Counted from the first letter of the stretch, positions 17,050 to 27,212 are shown. The stretch is DNA of 55,475 nucleotides from Thermoguttaceae bacterium (GCA_049509395.1 JBEKZY010000040.1:1-55475), one strand, 5' to 3'. Notes: generated by a model from the sequence alone, not told the origin. Numbers and translations: made by a program.

Positions 17050-18099
17050 TCAGTCATTTATCACATTTTCCGGCGGAATCGTCGATTTATTTCGAGAACC
17101 GAATATTTGATAACTTCCGGTATCGACTTCGTACGATATGCTGTGTACGCTGCCGTCGCAAAATACAAAATGAGAGGCGGCCGCATGGGGGCTGCCGAAT
17201 TTGGTCGTATCGATTGTATTAGGGTCTCTTCTGCTATCAAGAGCCGGGGGCAGGAACGTTACGCGATAATTGTCGTTGTTTTGGCCGGTATACATGCTTT
17301 CGTTATCGCCATAGTCCATTCCGGTTAAATAATCGGCCGCATTGATGTATTTCTCGCCCGCCATGATTGTATGACTTAGCCCGCGGCGAACATCGATCGG
17401 TCGTATTGCGGAACGCTGGTACATGACGCCGTCCTGGTACATCGGACTTGCGGGATTGTCGCTGTCCGGCCATTTGAAAGTAAGGGCGGCCTCATAAGAC
17501 GTGGGGCCTGCGGCGGTGTCGAAATCGGGATCTTCATTGAAAGACTGCGAACCGCAGCAAGCCGCATAATCGCTGCGGGCCAAAACATTATCGTTGGCAT
17601 CGTTATCATTGGCATTGTAAGCGATGAAAGTCCCGGCCATGCCCTTGGGAAAAAGCCCGACCGCGCGCCTGGAAGGACAAATCAATTCCGATATCGAAGT
17701 GCGCACAACCAAGATGATGCTGGCTCTTTTTTGCGCCGCAGAAGTTCCTTTGCCCGTATTGCGAAGTGCGGTCAATTCCAGGCCGGGGAGAATGTTATAA
17801 ACCCAGCCGCCGGGCTGATTTTTGGCGTAACCCCGGTCCGGATCGCCGACCCACCAAAAGCCCCATCCCCCGGTGGGAAAGTGCTTCTGCCTGTCCAGAT
17901 GGTCCTGACACGCCAAACCGATTTGCTTCAGATTGTTGCGGCATTGAAGCCGGCGAGCCGACTCTCGCGCAGCCTGCACGGCCGATAGCAAAAGCGCGAT
18001 AAGAATGCCGATAATGGCAATCACAACTAAAAGTTCAACAAGCGTGAACGCCGGCCGTTTCGGCTTCGAAACAGCGATTGCATTATGATTAGGAAACAT
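17050..18099 (-). CDS. DUF1559 domain protein with prepilin-type N-terminal cleavage/methylation motif
   Basis: [37 protein letters not shown]-terminus and C-terminal [14 protein letters not shown], typical of the large planctomycete DUF1559 family. Confidence 0.9.
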   Translation of the reverse strand: MFPNHNAIAVSKPKRPAFTLVELLVVIAIIGILIALLLSAVQAARESARRLQCRNNLKQIGLACQDHLDRQKHFPTGGWGFWWVGDPDRGYAKNQPGGWVYNILPGLELTALRNTGKGTSAAQKRASIILVVRTSISELICPSRRAVGLFPKGMAGTFIAYNANDNDANDNVLARSDYAACCGSQSFNEDPDFDTAAGPTSYEAALTFKWPDSDNPASPMYQDGVMYQRSAIRPIDVRRGLSHTIMAGEKYINAADYLTGMDYGDNESMYTGQNNDNYRVTFLPPALDSRRDPNTIDTTKFGSPHAAASHFVFCDGSVHSISYEVDTGSYQIFGSRNKSTIPPENVIND

Positions 18100-18246
18100 A
18101 GGTTTTTCCCCATTGCCGTTGTTCCTAACAAACTGCCTTTATCCCTAACATACTGTTGAAGAACGTGACTTGTCAATGACCCGTTGAGGAAGTCGTGAAA
18201 TTGCTTATATTGAGAGAAGATTACATCCATATAATAAAATCGCTAA

Positions 18247-18498
18247 ATGCGACAAAAAAAGAGCGAGAAGAATATGAAGAAAAACACTAAATCATCAAAG
18301 CCCAGAAAAAATGGTGGGGACGAATTGCGTGCCGAATTTAAATTAGATTACAGGAAAACCCGCCCGAACCGTTTTGCCCGCCATGCCGGTAAAGCACCAA
18401 TTATTGTTACCTTAGAGCCTGATGTGGCTAAGGTATTTTCCACTTCCGAATCCGTCAACCACGCCTTGCGGACCATTCTAGAGGCCTTTCCGAAATAA
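18247..18498 (+). CDS. small basic protein, antitoxin-like C-terminal half (orphan)
   Basis: 83 aa. The segment RFARHAGKAPIIVTLEPDVAKVFSTSESVNHALRTIL resembles small antitoxin-like proteins (..VVLDPDVA.VFP.SESVN.ALR..). No toxin partner is adjacent. Confidence 0.4.
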   Translation: MRQKKSEKNMKKNTKSSKPRKNGGDELRAEFKLDYRKTRPNRFARHAGKAPIIVTLEPDVAKVFSTSESVNHALRTILEAFPK

Positions 18499-18561
18499 AT
18501 CGAATGTTATGACCGTGCCGAGCACCTTGTCCATTGCCCACCGCCCACTAATTCCCAATAT

Positions 18562-19350
18562 CTAATCCCTAATTCCCAGCAACTCATCGACTGCTTTGCC
18601 GATGTCGGGTTTTGCCATGAGGGTTTCGCCTACGAGCATGGCGTGCAGGCCGGCGGCTTGGAGTTGTTCCACGTCGCGGCGGGTGCGGATGCCGGATTCG
18701 CCCACCACGATCCGTCCGGCGGGCACTTGTTTTCGCAGGCGCATGCAATGGCCCAGGTCGGCGTGAAAGGTCCGCAGGTCGCGATTGTTGATGCCCACCA
18801 GTTGCGCGCCAACGTCGAGCACGCGGCGGAGATTTTCCGGCTGGTAAATCTCCACAAGGGGCGTCATCCCCAGTTCCACGATGGCGCCGTGCAATTCGTT
18901 GAGCGCGTAATCGTCCAGAGTTTCGGCGATAAGAAGCACGGCATCGGCCCCAGCCGCGCGGGATTGCCACACCTGGTAGCGGTCGATGATAAAATCCTTG
19001 CGCAACACGGGCAGATCGACCGCCGCGTGAACTTGCCGTAAATCCTCGAGGCTGCCTTGAAAATACGGTCCGTCGGTAAGCACGCTGATGCACGATGCCC
19101 CATGTTCCTGGTAGATTCGCGCGATGTTTACAGGATCGAAATCGGCGCGGATAATTCCCGCCGACGGGCTGGCCTTTTTCACCTCGGCGATCAGGCGGAT
19201 GGGAGGGCCCTGTGAAAGCGGGCCGAGAAAATCGCGCGGCGGCGGGGCATGCACCGATAGATCGCGGAGTTTTTCCACCGGCGTATCGGCCTTGGCCAGA
19301 TCGACCTCCTCACGCTTTGCCGCCACGATGTCGTCGAGAATAGTGGACAT
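18562..19350 (-). CDS. trpC: indole-3-glycerol phosphate synthase
   Basis: LIAEVKKASPSAG, SVLTD, RKDFIID, GINNRDL motifs; 262 aa. Confidence 0.95.
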   Translation of the reverse strand: MSTILDDIVAAKREEVDLAKADTPVEKLRDLSVHAPPPRDFLGPLSQGPPIRLIAEVKKASPSAGIIRADFDPVNIARIYQEHGASCISVLTDGPYFQGSLEDLRQVHAAVDLPVLRKDFIIDRYQVWQSRAAGADAVLLIAETLDDYALNELHGAIVELGMTPLVEIYQPENLRRVLDVGAQLVGINNRDLRTFHADLGHCMRLRKQVPAGRIVVGESGIRTRRDVEQLQAAGLHAMLVGETLMAKPDIGKAVDELLGIRD

Positions 19351-19378
19351 TTAATTTTTGGACAAACAGCGTCTAAAT

Positions 19379-19398
19379 CCCCGGTGTAATCACCGGGG
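19379..19398 (-). terminator. GC hairpin downstream of purH, member of a two-copy motif
   Basis: CCCCGGTG-taat-CACCGGGG has an 8-bp stem, with flanking AAAT..GCTAAATA shared with 28852-28873. The following T-run on the minus strand is weak (ATTTAG). Confidence 0.4.
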
Positions 19399-19450
19399 GC
19401 TAAATATTTTATGTGCAAGCGCAGGCGCTTAATTTGACAGGTCAAAATCT

Positions 19451-21019
19451 CTAGTGTTTAAAATGTCTCCGGCCGGTAAAGATCATGGGGATGCCTTTGT
19501 TGTTGCAGGCGGCTATGACTTCGTCGTCTTTTTTGGATCCGCCCGGCTGGATTATGGCGCAAACTCCGGCGTTGGCGGCGGCTTCGATGGAGTCGGGGAA
19601 GGGGAAAAATGCGTCCGAGGCCAGCACCGAGCCTGCCGACCGGTCGCCCGCCTTTTCGATGGCGATTTTAGTCGAATCCACGCGGCTCATCTGGCCTGCC
19701 CCCGCGCCCAGCAGCATGCAATCCTTGGCCAGCACGATGGCGTTGGATTTGACGTACCGCACTATTTCCCAGGCGAAGCGGAGATCGGCCATTTGCGCCG
19801 CGGAAGGCTTTTTTTGTGTAACAACCTGCCACAACTCTTCGGGATCCGGCAGAACGTCGGCGTCTTGCATGAGCATGCCGCCTTCCAGGCAGCGATAGGT
19901 CCAGTGCTGCTGCGAGGGGCCCAACTGGCCTACTTTCAACAAGCGGACGTTGGTTTTCCATTTGGGCCTGGTGGTGAGGATTTCCAAGGCCTTAGGTTCG
20001 TAATCCGGGGCGACGATGGCCTCGATGAACAAGCCCGGGACGGCAAGGACCTCGGCCGAGGCGGCGTCGACTACACGGTTAAGGCCCAGCACCGAACCGA
20101 ACGCGCTTAAGGGGTCGCCTGCCATGGCCTTTTCCAGGGCCGCGGCCAGTTTGTCGTCCGTGGCCGCGCCGCAGGGGTTGTTGTGCTTGATGACCACTAC
20201 CGCCGGCCTGGGAAAGCTCCGCACCATGGCTAGTGCGCTGTCCAGATCGAGCAGGTTATTGTAGGACAGTTCTTTTCCGTTGAGTTGCATGGCGGCGACG
20301 ACGTTTGCATCGGTGCAATCGGGCTTGGCATAAACGGCCGCCTGCTGGTGCGGATTCTCGCCGTAACGGAGCACGCCTTTGCGGGTGAGATTCATGCGGA
20401 TGACGTCGGGAAAAACGCCCCCGGGCGCCTCGCCGGTGAAGAAATTGGCGATGGCCCTGTCGTAATTGGCCGTATGGGCGAAGGCCTCGGCGGCCAAACG
20501 ATACCGCAGCTCGAGCGTGGTGCAACCGTGGGCCGTGATCTCCTCGAGGATCTCGGAATACTGCCCGGTGTTGGTGGCAACGGTGGTGAAGGCGTGGTTT
20601 TTCGCCGCCGCGCGGACCATGGTCGGGCCGCCGATGTCGATCTGCTCGATGGCTTCTTCCGCCGTTACTCCTTTGCGGGCCGCCGTGGTCTCGAAAGGAT
20701 ACAAGTTTACCACGACCAGTTCGAATGTGAGGATGCCGTGCTGGACCATGGCCTGCATGTCCTGTGGATTGTCGTGGCGGCAGAGGATGCCGCCGTGGAC
20801 CTTGGGGTGCAGAGTTTTCAGCCGGCCATCCATCATTTCCGGAAAGCCGGTGTAATCGGAAATGTCGCGGACCGGAATGCCTTCGCTTTCCAAATGCTTA
20901 CGGGTGCCGCCGGTGCTGAAGATTTCCACCCCCAGGGCGGTCAATCCCCGGGCGAAACCGGCCAGTCCGAGTTTGTCGCTGACGCTAATTAATGCACGTT
21001 TAATCTTAGGCGATTCCAT
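19451..21019 (-). CDS. purH: bifunctional AICAR formyltransferase / IMP cyclohydrolase
   Basis: KRALISVSDK, GGTRKHL, MDGRLKTLHPKVHGGIL, VVIKHNNPCG; 522 aa. Confidence 0.95.
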   Translation of the reverse strand: MESPKIKRALISVSDKLGLAGFARGLTALGVEIFSTGGTRKHLESEGIPVRDISDYTGFPEMMDGRLKTLHPKVHGGILCRHDNPQDMQAMVQHGILTFELVVVNLYPFETTAARKGVTAEEAIEQIDIGGPTMVRAAAKNHAFTTVATNTGQYSEILEEITAHGCTTLELRYRLAAEAFAHTANYDRAIANFFTGEAPGGVFPDVIRMNLTRKGVLRYGENPHQQAAVYAKPDCTDANVVAAMQLNGKELSYNNLLDLDSALAMVRSFPRPAVVVIKHNNPCGAATDDKLAAALEKAMAGDPLSAFGSVLGLNRVVDAASAEVLAVPGLFIEAIVAPDYEPKALEILTTRPKWKTNVRLLKVGQLGPSQQHWTYRCLEGGMLMQDADVLPDPEELWQVVTQKKPSAAQMADLRFAWEIVRYVKSNAIVLAKDCMLLGAGAGQMSRVDSTKIAIEKAGDRSAGSVLASDAFFPFPDSIEAAANAGVCAIIQPGGSKKDDEVIAACNNKGIPMIFTGRRHFKH

Positions 21020-21123
21020 CTAGGCACCTCGTTATTCAAATGGATTTAACAAAAACGTATCACTCCTTGTTTACGGGTTTTAGGCGGAGCCGTCAAGGAG
21101 TGGGAAGAAGAAAATCTCGCGCC

Positions 21124-21161
21124 GGAAAATAAAACAAGCCCGCGTGTAAATGACCGCGGGC
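21124..21161 (-). terminator. rho-independent terminator after the PQQ-like propeller gene
   Basis: On the minus strand GCCCGCG-gtcatttaca-CGCGGGC is followed by TTGTTTTATTTTCC. Confidence 0.55.
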
Positions 21162-21171
21162 ATGCAAAAAT

Positions 21172-21277
21172 GGGTAGCACCGGTTCTTGAACCGGTGCGA
21201 CGAAGTCCCAAGAGGTTTTGGGATCCGGTTTTACCTCTTGCGGTAGAGCCGCCCAGGTTCAAGAACCTGGGCTACCC
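21172..21277. mobile_element. MITE-like element, archetypal 106-bp copy
   Basis: The left end GGGTAGCACCGGTTCTTGAACCGGTGCG and the reverse complement of the right end GGGTAGCCCAGGTTCTTGAACCTGGGCG match at 24 of 28 positions. Each end is itself a hairpin. Confidence 0.8.
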
Positions 21278-21301
21278 GATTAATTTTCAGGGACAAAATA
21301 A

Positions 21302-22861
21302 TTATTCCGCGAAGGGGTCTTTGCCTGCATCGGCCTTTTTTGCGTCTTTGGGAGCGGGTTTTTCAGATTCATTGGCGGCTTTGATGTTTTCCGCGGGTTG
21401 TTCGGGTTCTTTTGCCGCGGCTTCGCCGGCCGGTTTTTTCGCGGGTGCTTCTTTTTTAGCGGCGGGTTTTTCTTCTTTGGCGGCCGGTTTTTCCTCGCCG
21501 GTTTTTTCCGGCCCTTTTTGATCGGCGCTGGCTTTTGCCGCCGCTTCGGCCGCCTGTCTGCGGGCATCGCCGTGGGGGATGGGCTTTGTCAAGCCGATTT
21601 CGTGCAGGCATTGAATCAGGCCCTTCGAGTTGTACAGATAGATGCGATCTGTGTCGTCGTTGAGTATTTTAACGCTTAGCGCCGAGGCGGGCATAATATC
21701 GAGTTGGGCGCCGGTGGCGGCGTCGAGAACCCGGATTGAACCTATTTTGTCCACGCCGTACACGCGGTTCTTGCTGGCCGCCGTGAACTGGACAATGCCG
21801 GGAGCGTACCAGATTTGGCCGCCTGTTTTCGCATTGATGCAATGCAGCCCGCCCAGCGAGGTGGCGGCGTATATCCGCTCATCGATAATCACGGCCGGTT
21901 GAGCGAGCGGTTCGCCCGCCGAAAATCGCCATAACGAATCACCCGTTTTTTCCAAAATCGCATTAACATACCCGTCGCCGGTGGCGGCCAGAATTATGCC
22001 GGAATCGCCGGATATTTCCGGATCGGGAGGAATATAAGTGGGTTCCGCAATAATGGGAGCGGTCGTTTCCAAGCGATACTTCACTTCGATATAGGCATCC
22101 GCGTCGCGGCCCACGCGCCCGATGTACATGCAGCCTTCATTCGTGGGCCAGACGACATATTCTTCATATCCGCTTTCCCGCGTGACCAAGGGCTGCACCA
22201 ATGTCTGGCCCTTCGATTGGCAGGATATGGGTTTTACGGTTTGTTGAGAAAGGTGGATAATTTGGTTATCTGCGGTTTTTACTGTTGTTGACGTTTCGGG
22301 GGAGAGGGGGGCTTCTTTATCCGTTTTTTTCAACGGATTGGCAAGCTGTTCCACTCGGTAAGACAAGAGAAGCCCCTTGACCGTGGGCACGTACACCCGT
22401 TGGTCGCTAACGGCCGGACCCGCGCCGGGCGCCCCGTCAATATCGGCTTCCAAGAGGATTTTGCCGTTTAAGCGATTGGCCACGTACAACCGGGATCCGT
22501 TGACAATGGCCAACAATTTGCGGCCGACGCCGGGCGTCATGCTGGGATGCTCGGGCCGGCCGATTTGTTTTACCCAAAGCGTGGCCCCAGTTTCGGCGTC
22601 GATGGCATGCACGATCGCCTTATCGGTCTGGGCGTAAAGAATTCCATCGTACAAGACCAGGTGCTTCAACCGCGAACGGCCCGGGTCCATTTCCACCTGC
22701 GTGAACCAGGCGCGGGTCAAACCATGCCCGGCGGCAAGGCCCTGGGGAACTATTTCGTTTCCCGCCGATTGGGCCCACGTCATGCAAGGTTGCCAAGCGG
22801 CCAAAAGGACAATGAGACAATATAAACGTCGCATCATAACGGGTAATCCCTTCACAATCAC
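21302..22861 (-). CDS. PQQ-like beta-propeller repeat protein with Lys/Ala/Pro/Glu-rich C-terminal tail
   Basis: Signal-like N-terminus (MMRRLYCLIVLLAAWQPCMTWAQ; start possibly at 22837). Repeated propeller blades (LYAQTDKAIVHAIDAETGATLW, IYAATSLGGLHCINAKTGGQIW). The tail reads EEKPAAKEEKPAAKKEAPAKKPAGE. Confidence 0.8.
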   Translation of the reverse strand: MIVKGLPVMMRRLYCLIVLLAAWQPCMTWAQSAGNEIVPQGLAAGHGLTRAWFTQVEMDPGRSRLKHLVLYDGILYAQTDKAIVHAIDAETGATLWVKQIGRPEHPSMTPGVGRKLLAIVNGSRLYVANRLNGKILLEADIDGAPGAGPAVSDQRVYVPTVKGLLLSYRVEQLANPLKKTDKEAPLSPETSTTVKTADNQIIHLSQQTVKPISCQSKGQTLVQPLVTRESGYEEYVVWPTNEGCMYIGRVGRDADAYIEVKYRLETTAPIIAEPTYIPPDPEISGDSGIILAATGDGYVNAILEKTGDSLWRFSAGEPLAQPAVIIDERIYAATSLGGLHCINAKTGGQIWYAPGIVQFTAASKNRVYGVDKIGSIRVLDAATGAQLDIMPASALSVKILNDDTDRIYLYNSKGLIQCLHEIGLTKPIPHGDARRQAAEAAAKASADQKGPEKTGEEKPAAKEEKPAAKKEAPAKKPAGEAAAKEPEQPAENIKAANESEKPAPKDAKKADAGKDPFAE

Positions 22862-23168
22862 ACTACGTTTTCAATTTTCAACAGATGTTTAGCCAACACG
22901 TTTTATAATAATATACTCCGAGTTGTTATGCACGCGAAAAACCCGTTGTCTCGATGGTCTGATGGGTTTGGATTGACATAAACCGCTATTTAGTGGGGGA
23001 GACGCAATATTGGCACACCCCGCCGCAAGGTGGCCTGATCGGTTGTGCTCATATTTTTCCAATCGCCAATTTCCATTTCTTAAAAAACCTTTTCTTGATT
23101 TAGCTGGCAATAACAGGCGGGATGCGCAATTTTTCTCCCGCTGGACCGATTGGCGGCTATGCCTTACC

Positions 23169-26100
23169 ATGAGAAACATGGAACGAAACGCTTTGGGAGC
23201 CGACGCCTTGCAGCTTGTTGAGGAAATCCTGGGTTATTTGAATTTTTCATCGGGCGCGCCGGACCCGACATTTTTGAAAAACCTCAACGACCTGTTCGCC
23301 GGCATTGATACGAACGACAGCAGCGGCGAGCCGGCCTGGCGGCGTCTGGGAACCGTGCTTCGCGAGGCTTTGCCCGGCATTTCCGACACTTCAGAGGCTT
23401 TCCGCAGCGCGGAACAGGCCGAAGCGGTGGTGGGGCTGGTTTTTTTTCACGCCTTGCCCGGTTATCGCCTGCATCATCGTGATCTGTTGTTCCACCAGAA
23501 GGACGAACAATTATTCTTGCCGTTTTTTATCGGCCGGATGTGCGAGGCGGTGTTGCAGCAGGGGCCCCCCTGGAGCGAAATCGACCGCATAGTTCGCGGC
23601 GCCGCGGCCAGGCTGAACGACTATATCGGCTACCGGCCCGTGGCCGTGCTGCAAAGCGCGCAAAAAATCCAGCCCTACGCCCAGGAATGGGTGCGGCCGG
23701 TTCCGTTATATATACGCGGGACGGGCGTGAGCGCGGGACCGTATCGCGAACTGGTGGAAACCGCCTTGAAAATCCTGGGGGAAACCGACCCGGCCATCCT
23801 TTTCGACGCCATGTTTCCCCTGGAACAACTGGACGAATTGGCCGTCGATCCCCGGGCGTACGATTTCGATCATCCGGTGAACAAGCGGCCGAATTATCTT
23901 TTCGGCCAGTGGGACATGAATCAGCTCGACGGGTCCGGGCGCTGCCGCCGCTTCGTGGTGCAGCAAGCGGCGCTCGAGGCCATGATGGACCGCCTGAAAA
24001 CCCGGGGCAAAATCGCCGATAAAGAGCTGCTATTCGAGGAAGCGGCGGTCCTGGCCGGTACGATGTTGATGGGGTCGGGCGTTAGCGGCAGCCGGCCTAA
24101 TGCATACGATTCGACAGTTGGTTTGCCCACGCTGGTGCAGAAGATCGCCGACTATCGCGATGCGTTTTATCAGCAGCTTCTCGCCCGGGTGGACGGCGAA
24201 CATGCACGGCGGCTTGGGCGCGAAGCGGCGGCGCTGAAGCAGCCTTTCGGCGGAGCAAGGCAGCATTTCAATCATTATCTGGCCCAGCGCCGCGCCGAAC
24301 AATTGCAGCACGTGCACCTGGCGCAGCTTTTTACCCGCATGGGATACGCCGAGGCCGCCCGGCGCCAGGTCCGCGTGGTGCCCGTGGCCGCGGCGCGGAT
24401 GCTTTGCGACATGCAATGCCGCTTGACCGCCGCGCATGGGGAAATCGATCGCGGCCGCCTGGAGCCGGTCGTGATGTTGCTCGGCGAGATCGAAAACATC
24501 TTGCACCGGGCAATCGAGTGCGGGGCGATGGTCGATCCCTGGAACATCCTGGGCTTCGGCGGGCAATTCGGCCTGTTTCCTTCCCCGGAAAGCAGCATCC
24601 ACGATTACCGCATCGATGATTTGCTCAACCTGTTAAGCGACATTTTCGCCTTGTATATCCGCACCGGCAAGGAAGCGGCCGCATCGGGCAATAATACCGT
24701 GCAGAACTTGCTGGCCGGGCAACTCCGGCGATTGACCGAATGGTGGGATAAATTCGCCACCACCGAGGTAAGCGAAATCGGCGGTATTTCCGGCCGGGAT
24801 ACTTATGAATCGGCCCAACAGGTGGCCTCCGCGCTAAAGGCCTGGCACGAAGCAGGCGCAGCGGCCGGGGACATAGCTTTTTGGCGCAGGCACGTGGAAA
24901 ATTTCCGCACGGCCAAGTCCTACGCCCTGGTCGTCGATACCCTGTTGGATCACGGCGACCTGGTGGCGGCCCAGGCCTTACTGGTGCATTGGCTCAGCCA
25001 GGCCGACTCCATACCCCTGGCCGAGGAAAGCTATTCCTTCAATGAGTTGGCCGTTCTATGGATGGAAGACCTTTGGCGGTCGGAACAGGAAGCCGAAGAG
25101 GCGCCCAAGATCAATAAGCTTTCTCCCAGGCAGCGATGGTCGCATGCGAAAAAATTTCTCGACTACTTGGAGGCCAACGCCGGCGAGTTCTGGCGCGTGC
25201 CGCATTTGGAGGCCTTTGCCGAAGGTGCGGCGGCCGGCAAAAACGAAGCTGAGGAAGAAGAGCCGGACGAGGAAAGCGATAACCTGTTTAGCGCGGCCTA
25301 CGAGCATCTTACATACCGCGACAGCACCGACGACGGCATGGACAGTTCGCTGTTCGAGGCCGGCCCGGACGCCGAAGAAAGCGAGTTGGTCTTCGAGGCC
25401 GAACGGATCGTGGCACATCTGGCGTTTCTGGCCATGATCGCCCATCTGTGGAAGATGACGGCCACGGTCAGCCTTTCCGGCGTGGCCGCCGATTCCCAGC
25501 GCGACGAGGTTCTTGCCGGTTGGCTCGATCAAGCGGCGGCAACTTATAGGGGGCTGTTGGAATTGCTGGCCTCGGTGCAGCGATATCGCATTCCGGCGCC
25601 CAGCGGCGCGCACGATTCGATGGTCGAGTACGATCGGCGGCGCAGCGTAAAGGAAATGCTGCTGGAGAGCATCATCAACACGTGCGTGGATACTGCCGAT
25701 GCGGTGCGGATGATCCGCTCTGCAATGGCCAGTCCCGCGCCCGCCGCCGATGCCCAGCCCTGGGAAGAGCCCATGCATCGGGTGCTTACGGCCGTGATGC
25801 GCGGCGAGGCTGCAACGGTTCGGAAGGGTTGGAAGGAACTTTTAACGGCGCTGGGAAAGCAGCCTTTGCTTTACGTGTCTTTGGCCCGGGGCGGAAATCC
25901 GCTGAAAATCGTGGCCGCGCGAAGCCTGCAAAGCATGTTGTGCCGTTTGCTGGCCTATATGCCCCGCCTGGGATTGATCCACGAAACCGCGCAACTGCTG
26001 GAAACCATCCAGGGCATGGAGTTCGAGCATCCCCAAGGTCCCGGCGCGATTACCGAGTTCGACCGCGTTTTCCAGATCGGTTGCAAGTCCATCGTGCGGG

Positions 26101-27134
26101 CGCTGGTCGTGTCTTCGGCCGATTGGTCGCCCACGACAGCCCGCGCGGATAAACAATTTATCGACAACGAACTCATCGCCCTGCTGGAACAGACCGCCGA
26201 GGCCCTGTTGCGCTGCTGGCTTGCGCACAGCCGGGGCGTGAGGCTTTCGGTGCTCGAATCGGTAAGCGATGAAAAACAATGGACCCGCCTGCAAAAATTC
26301 ATCCAAAAATACGGCGGCGATTTGTTTACACAGCATTTCATGAATTTGGGAAATCTGCGGGCGATTTTGCTGTCCGGCGTGGACGCCTATCTTGAATGGA
26401 TTCGCGAAATGCCCGACGGCGAAGTTTCGCTCCGCCTGTTGGACGATTTGGACGGCCCGCTGGATCGGGCCGAGGCGGTTCGCTGTTTCGGCCTGGCAGT
26501 CGAGGCGGTGGTGGAAAACTATCCCGAGTACGTGGATTACAACAGCATCACCACGCAATCCGACCGCGGCGACATGCTTTATACGCTTCTGGACTTCCTT
26601 CGCCTGCGGGCGGGCTACGACCGCGTGGCCTGGAATCTCCGCCCCATACTGCTTATCCACGAGGTGCTGGTCCGTAGCGGGCGCGATCTCGCCGCTGAAA
26701 TCTGGCGCAAGGCCGTGGCCGAGCGGACCGGCGACATCGCCGAGGATTGCCTGCGCCGGCTGCGGAACATGAACAAAAAATACGGCATGAAATTGCCCAG
26801 CATCGCCGAGCGATTGGAGGAAAAGTTCATCCGGCCGCTTCAGGTGGACCGCCTGTGCGCGCTGGTCCGCCCGGCAATGGAGGAGCTCCGCGACGGCCGC
26901 TCACAAAAAACCTTCCCCCAGTTGGAAAAACTGGTGGGCGAATTCACCAAAAAAATCGCCGGGGCCGGTTTTGAAACGCCCGACTGGCTCGCCGACCTGG
27001 AAGACGAGGCCGAGCAGGTGCAAGCCCCGTTGATCGAGGATGATTACCCCGATCCGTATCTGGATGTGCCGGAAGTGCACCTCACCCTGGATGAAGCCCG
27101 CCGACAGGTAAAGCGCATGGCCCGGGAAACATAG
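23169..27134 (+). CDS. large (about 1320 aa) conserved-looking protein of unknown function
   Basis: Long uninterrupted ORF with balanced, helix-prone composition and an internal acidic stretch (NEAEEEEPDEESDN). The start is set at the first ATG (MRNMERNALG); the ORF track begins at a TTG at 23010. No recognisable catalytic motif. Confidence 0.75.
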   Translation: MRNMERNALGADALQLVEEILGYLNFSSGAPDPTFLKNLNDLFAGIDTNDSSGEPAWRRLGTVLREALPGISDTSEAFRSAEQAEAVVGLVFFHALPGYRLHHRDLLFHQKDEQLFLPFFIGRMCEAVLQQGPPWSEIDRIVRGAAARLNDYIGYRPVAVLQSAQKIQPYAQEWVRPVPLYIRGTGVSAGPYRELVETALKILGETDPAILFDAMFPLEQLDELAVDPRAYDFDHPVNKRPNYLFGQWDMNQLDGSGRCRRFVVQQAALEAMMDRLKTRGKIADKELLFEEAAVLAGTMLMGSGVSGSRPNAYDSTVGLPTLVQKIADYRDAFYQQLLARVDGEHARRLGREAAALKQPFGGARQHFNHYLAQRRAEQLQHVHLAQLFTRMGYAEAARRQVRVVPVAAARMLCDMQCRLTAAHGEIDRGRLEPVVMLLGEIENILHRAIECGAMVDPWNILGFGGQFGLFPSPESSIHDYRIDDLLNLLSDIFALYIRTGKEAAASGNNTVQNLLAGQLRRLTEWWDKFATTEVSEIGGISGRDTYESAQQVASALKAWHEAGAAAGDIAFWRRHVENFRTAKSYALVVDTLLDHGDLVAAQALLVHWLSQADSIPLAEESYSFNELAVLWMEDLWRSEQEAEEAPKINKLSPRQRWSHAKKFLDYLEANAGEFWRVPHLEAFAEGAAAGKNEAEEEEPDEESDNLFSAAYEHLTYRDSTDDGMDSSLFEAGPDAEESELVFEAERIVAHLAFLAMIAHLWKMTATVSLSGVAADSQRDEVLAGWLDQAAATYRGLLELLASVQRYRIPAPSGAHDSMVEYDRRRSVKEMLLESIINTCVDTADAVRMIRSAMASPAPAADAQPWEEPMHRVLTAVMRGEAATVRKGWKELLTALGKQPLLYVSLARGGNPLKIVAARSLQSMLCRLLAYMPRLGLIHETAQLLETIQGMEFEHPQGPGAITEFDRVFQIGCKSIVRALVVSSADWSPTTARADKQFIDNELIALLEQTAEALLRCWLAHSRGVRLSVLESVSDEKQWTRLQKFIQKYGGDLFTQHFMNLGNLRAILLSGVDAYLEWIREMPDGEVSLRLLDDLDGPLDRAEAVRCFGLAVEAVVENYPEYVDYNSITTQSDRGDMLYTLLDFLRLRAGYDRVAWNLRPILLIHEVLVRSGRDLAAEIWRKAVAERTGDIAEDCLRRLRNMNKKYGMKLPSIAERLEEKFIRPLQVDRLCALVRPAMEELRDGRSQKTFPQLEKLVGEFTKKIAGAGFETPDWLADLEDEAEQVQAPLIEDDYPDPYLDVPEVHLTLDEARRQVKRMARET

Positions 27135-27212
27135 GCAAAGGGTTCAGGATTCAGGATTGTTTAGCCGCGACCGGGCACCGACCGAAGGTTGGTCGGGGAG
27201 CGGTAGATTTTC

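Noticed and set aside
21020-21123. Possible ZTP (pfl-motif) riboswitch in the purH leader
   Set aside because: I reverse-complemented the leader and found none of the conserved ZTP elements (no GGGTCGTGAC/ACTGGCG-type 5' module, no CCGCCTGGGC 3' module). A covariance-model search (Rfam pfl/ZTP model) would be decisive.
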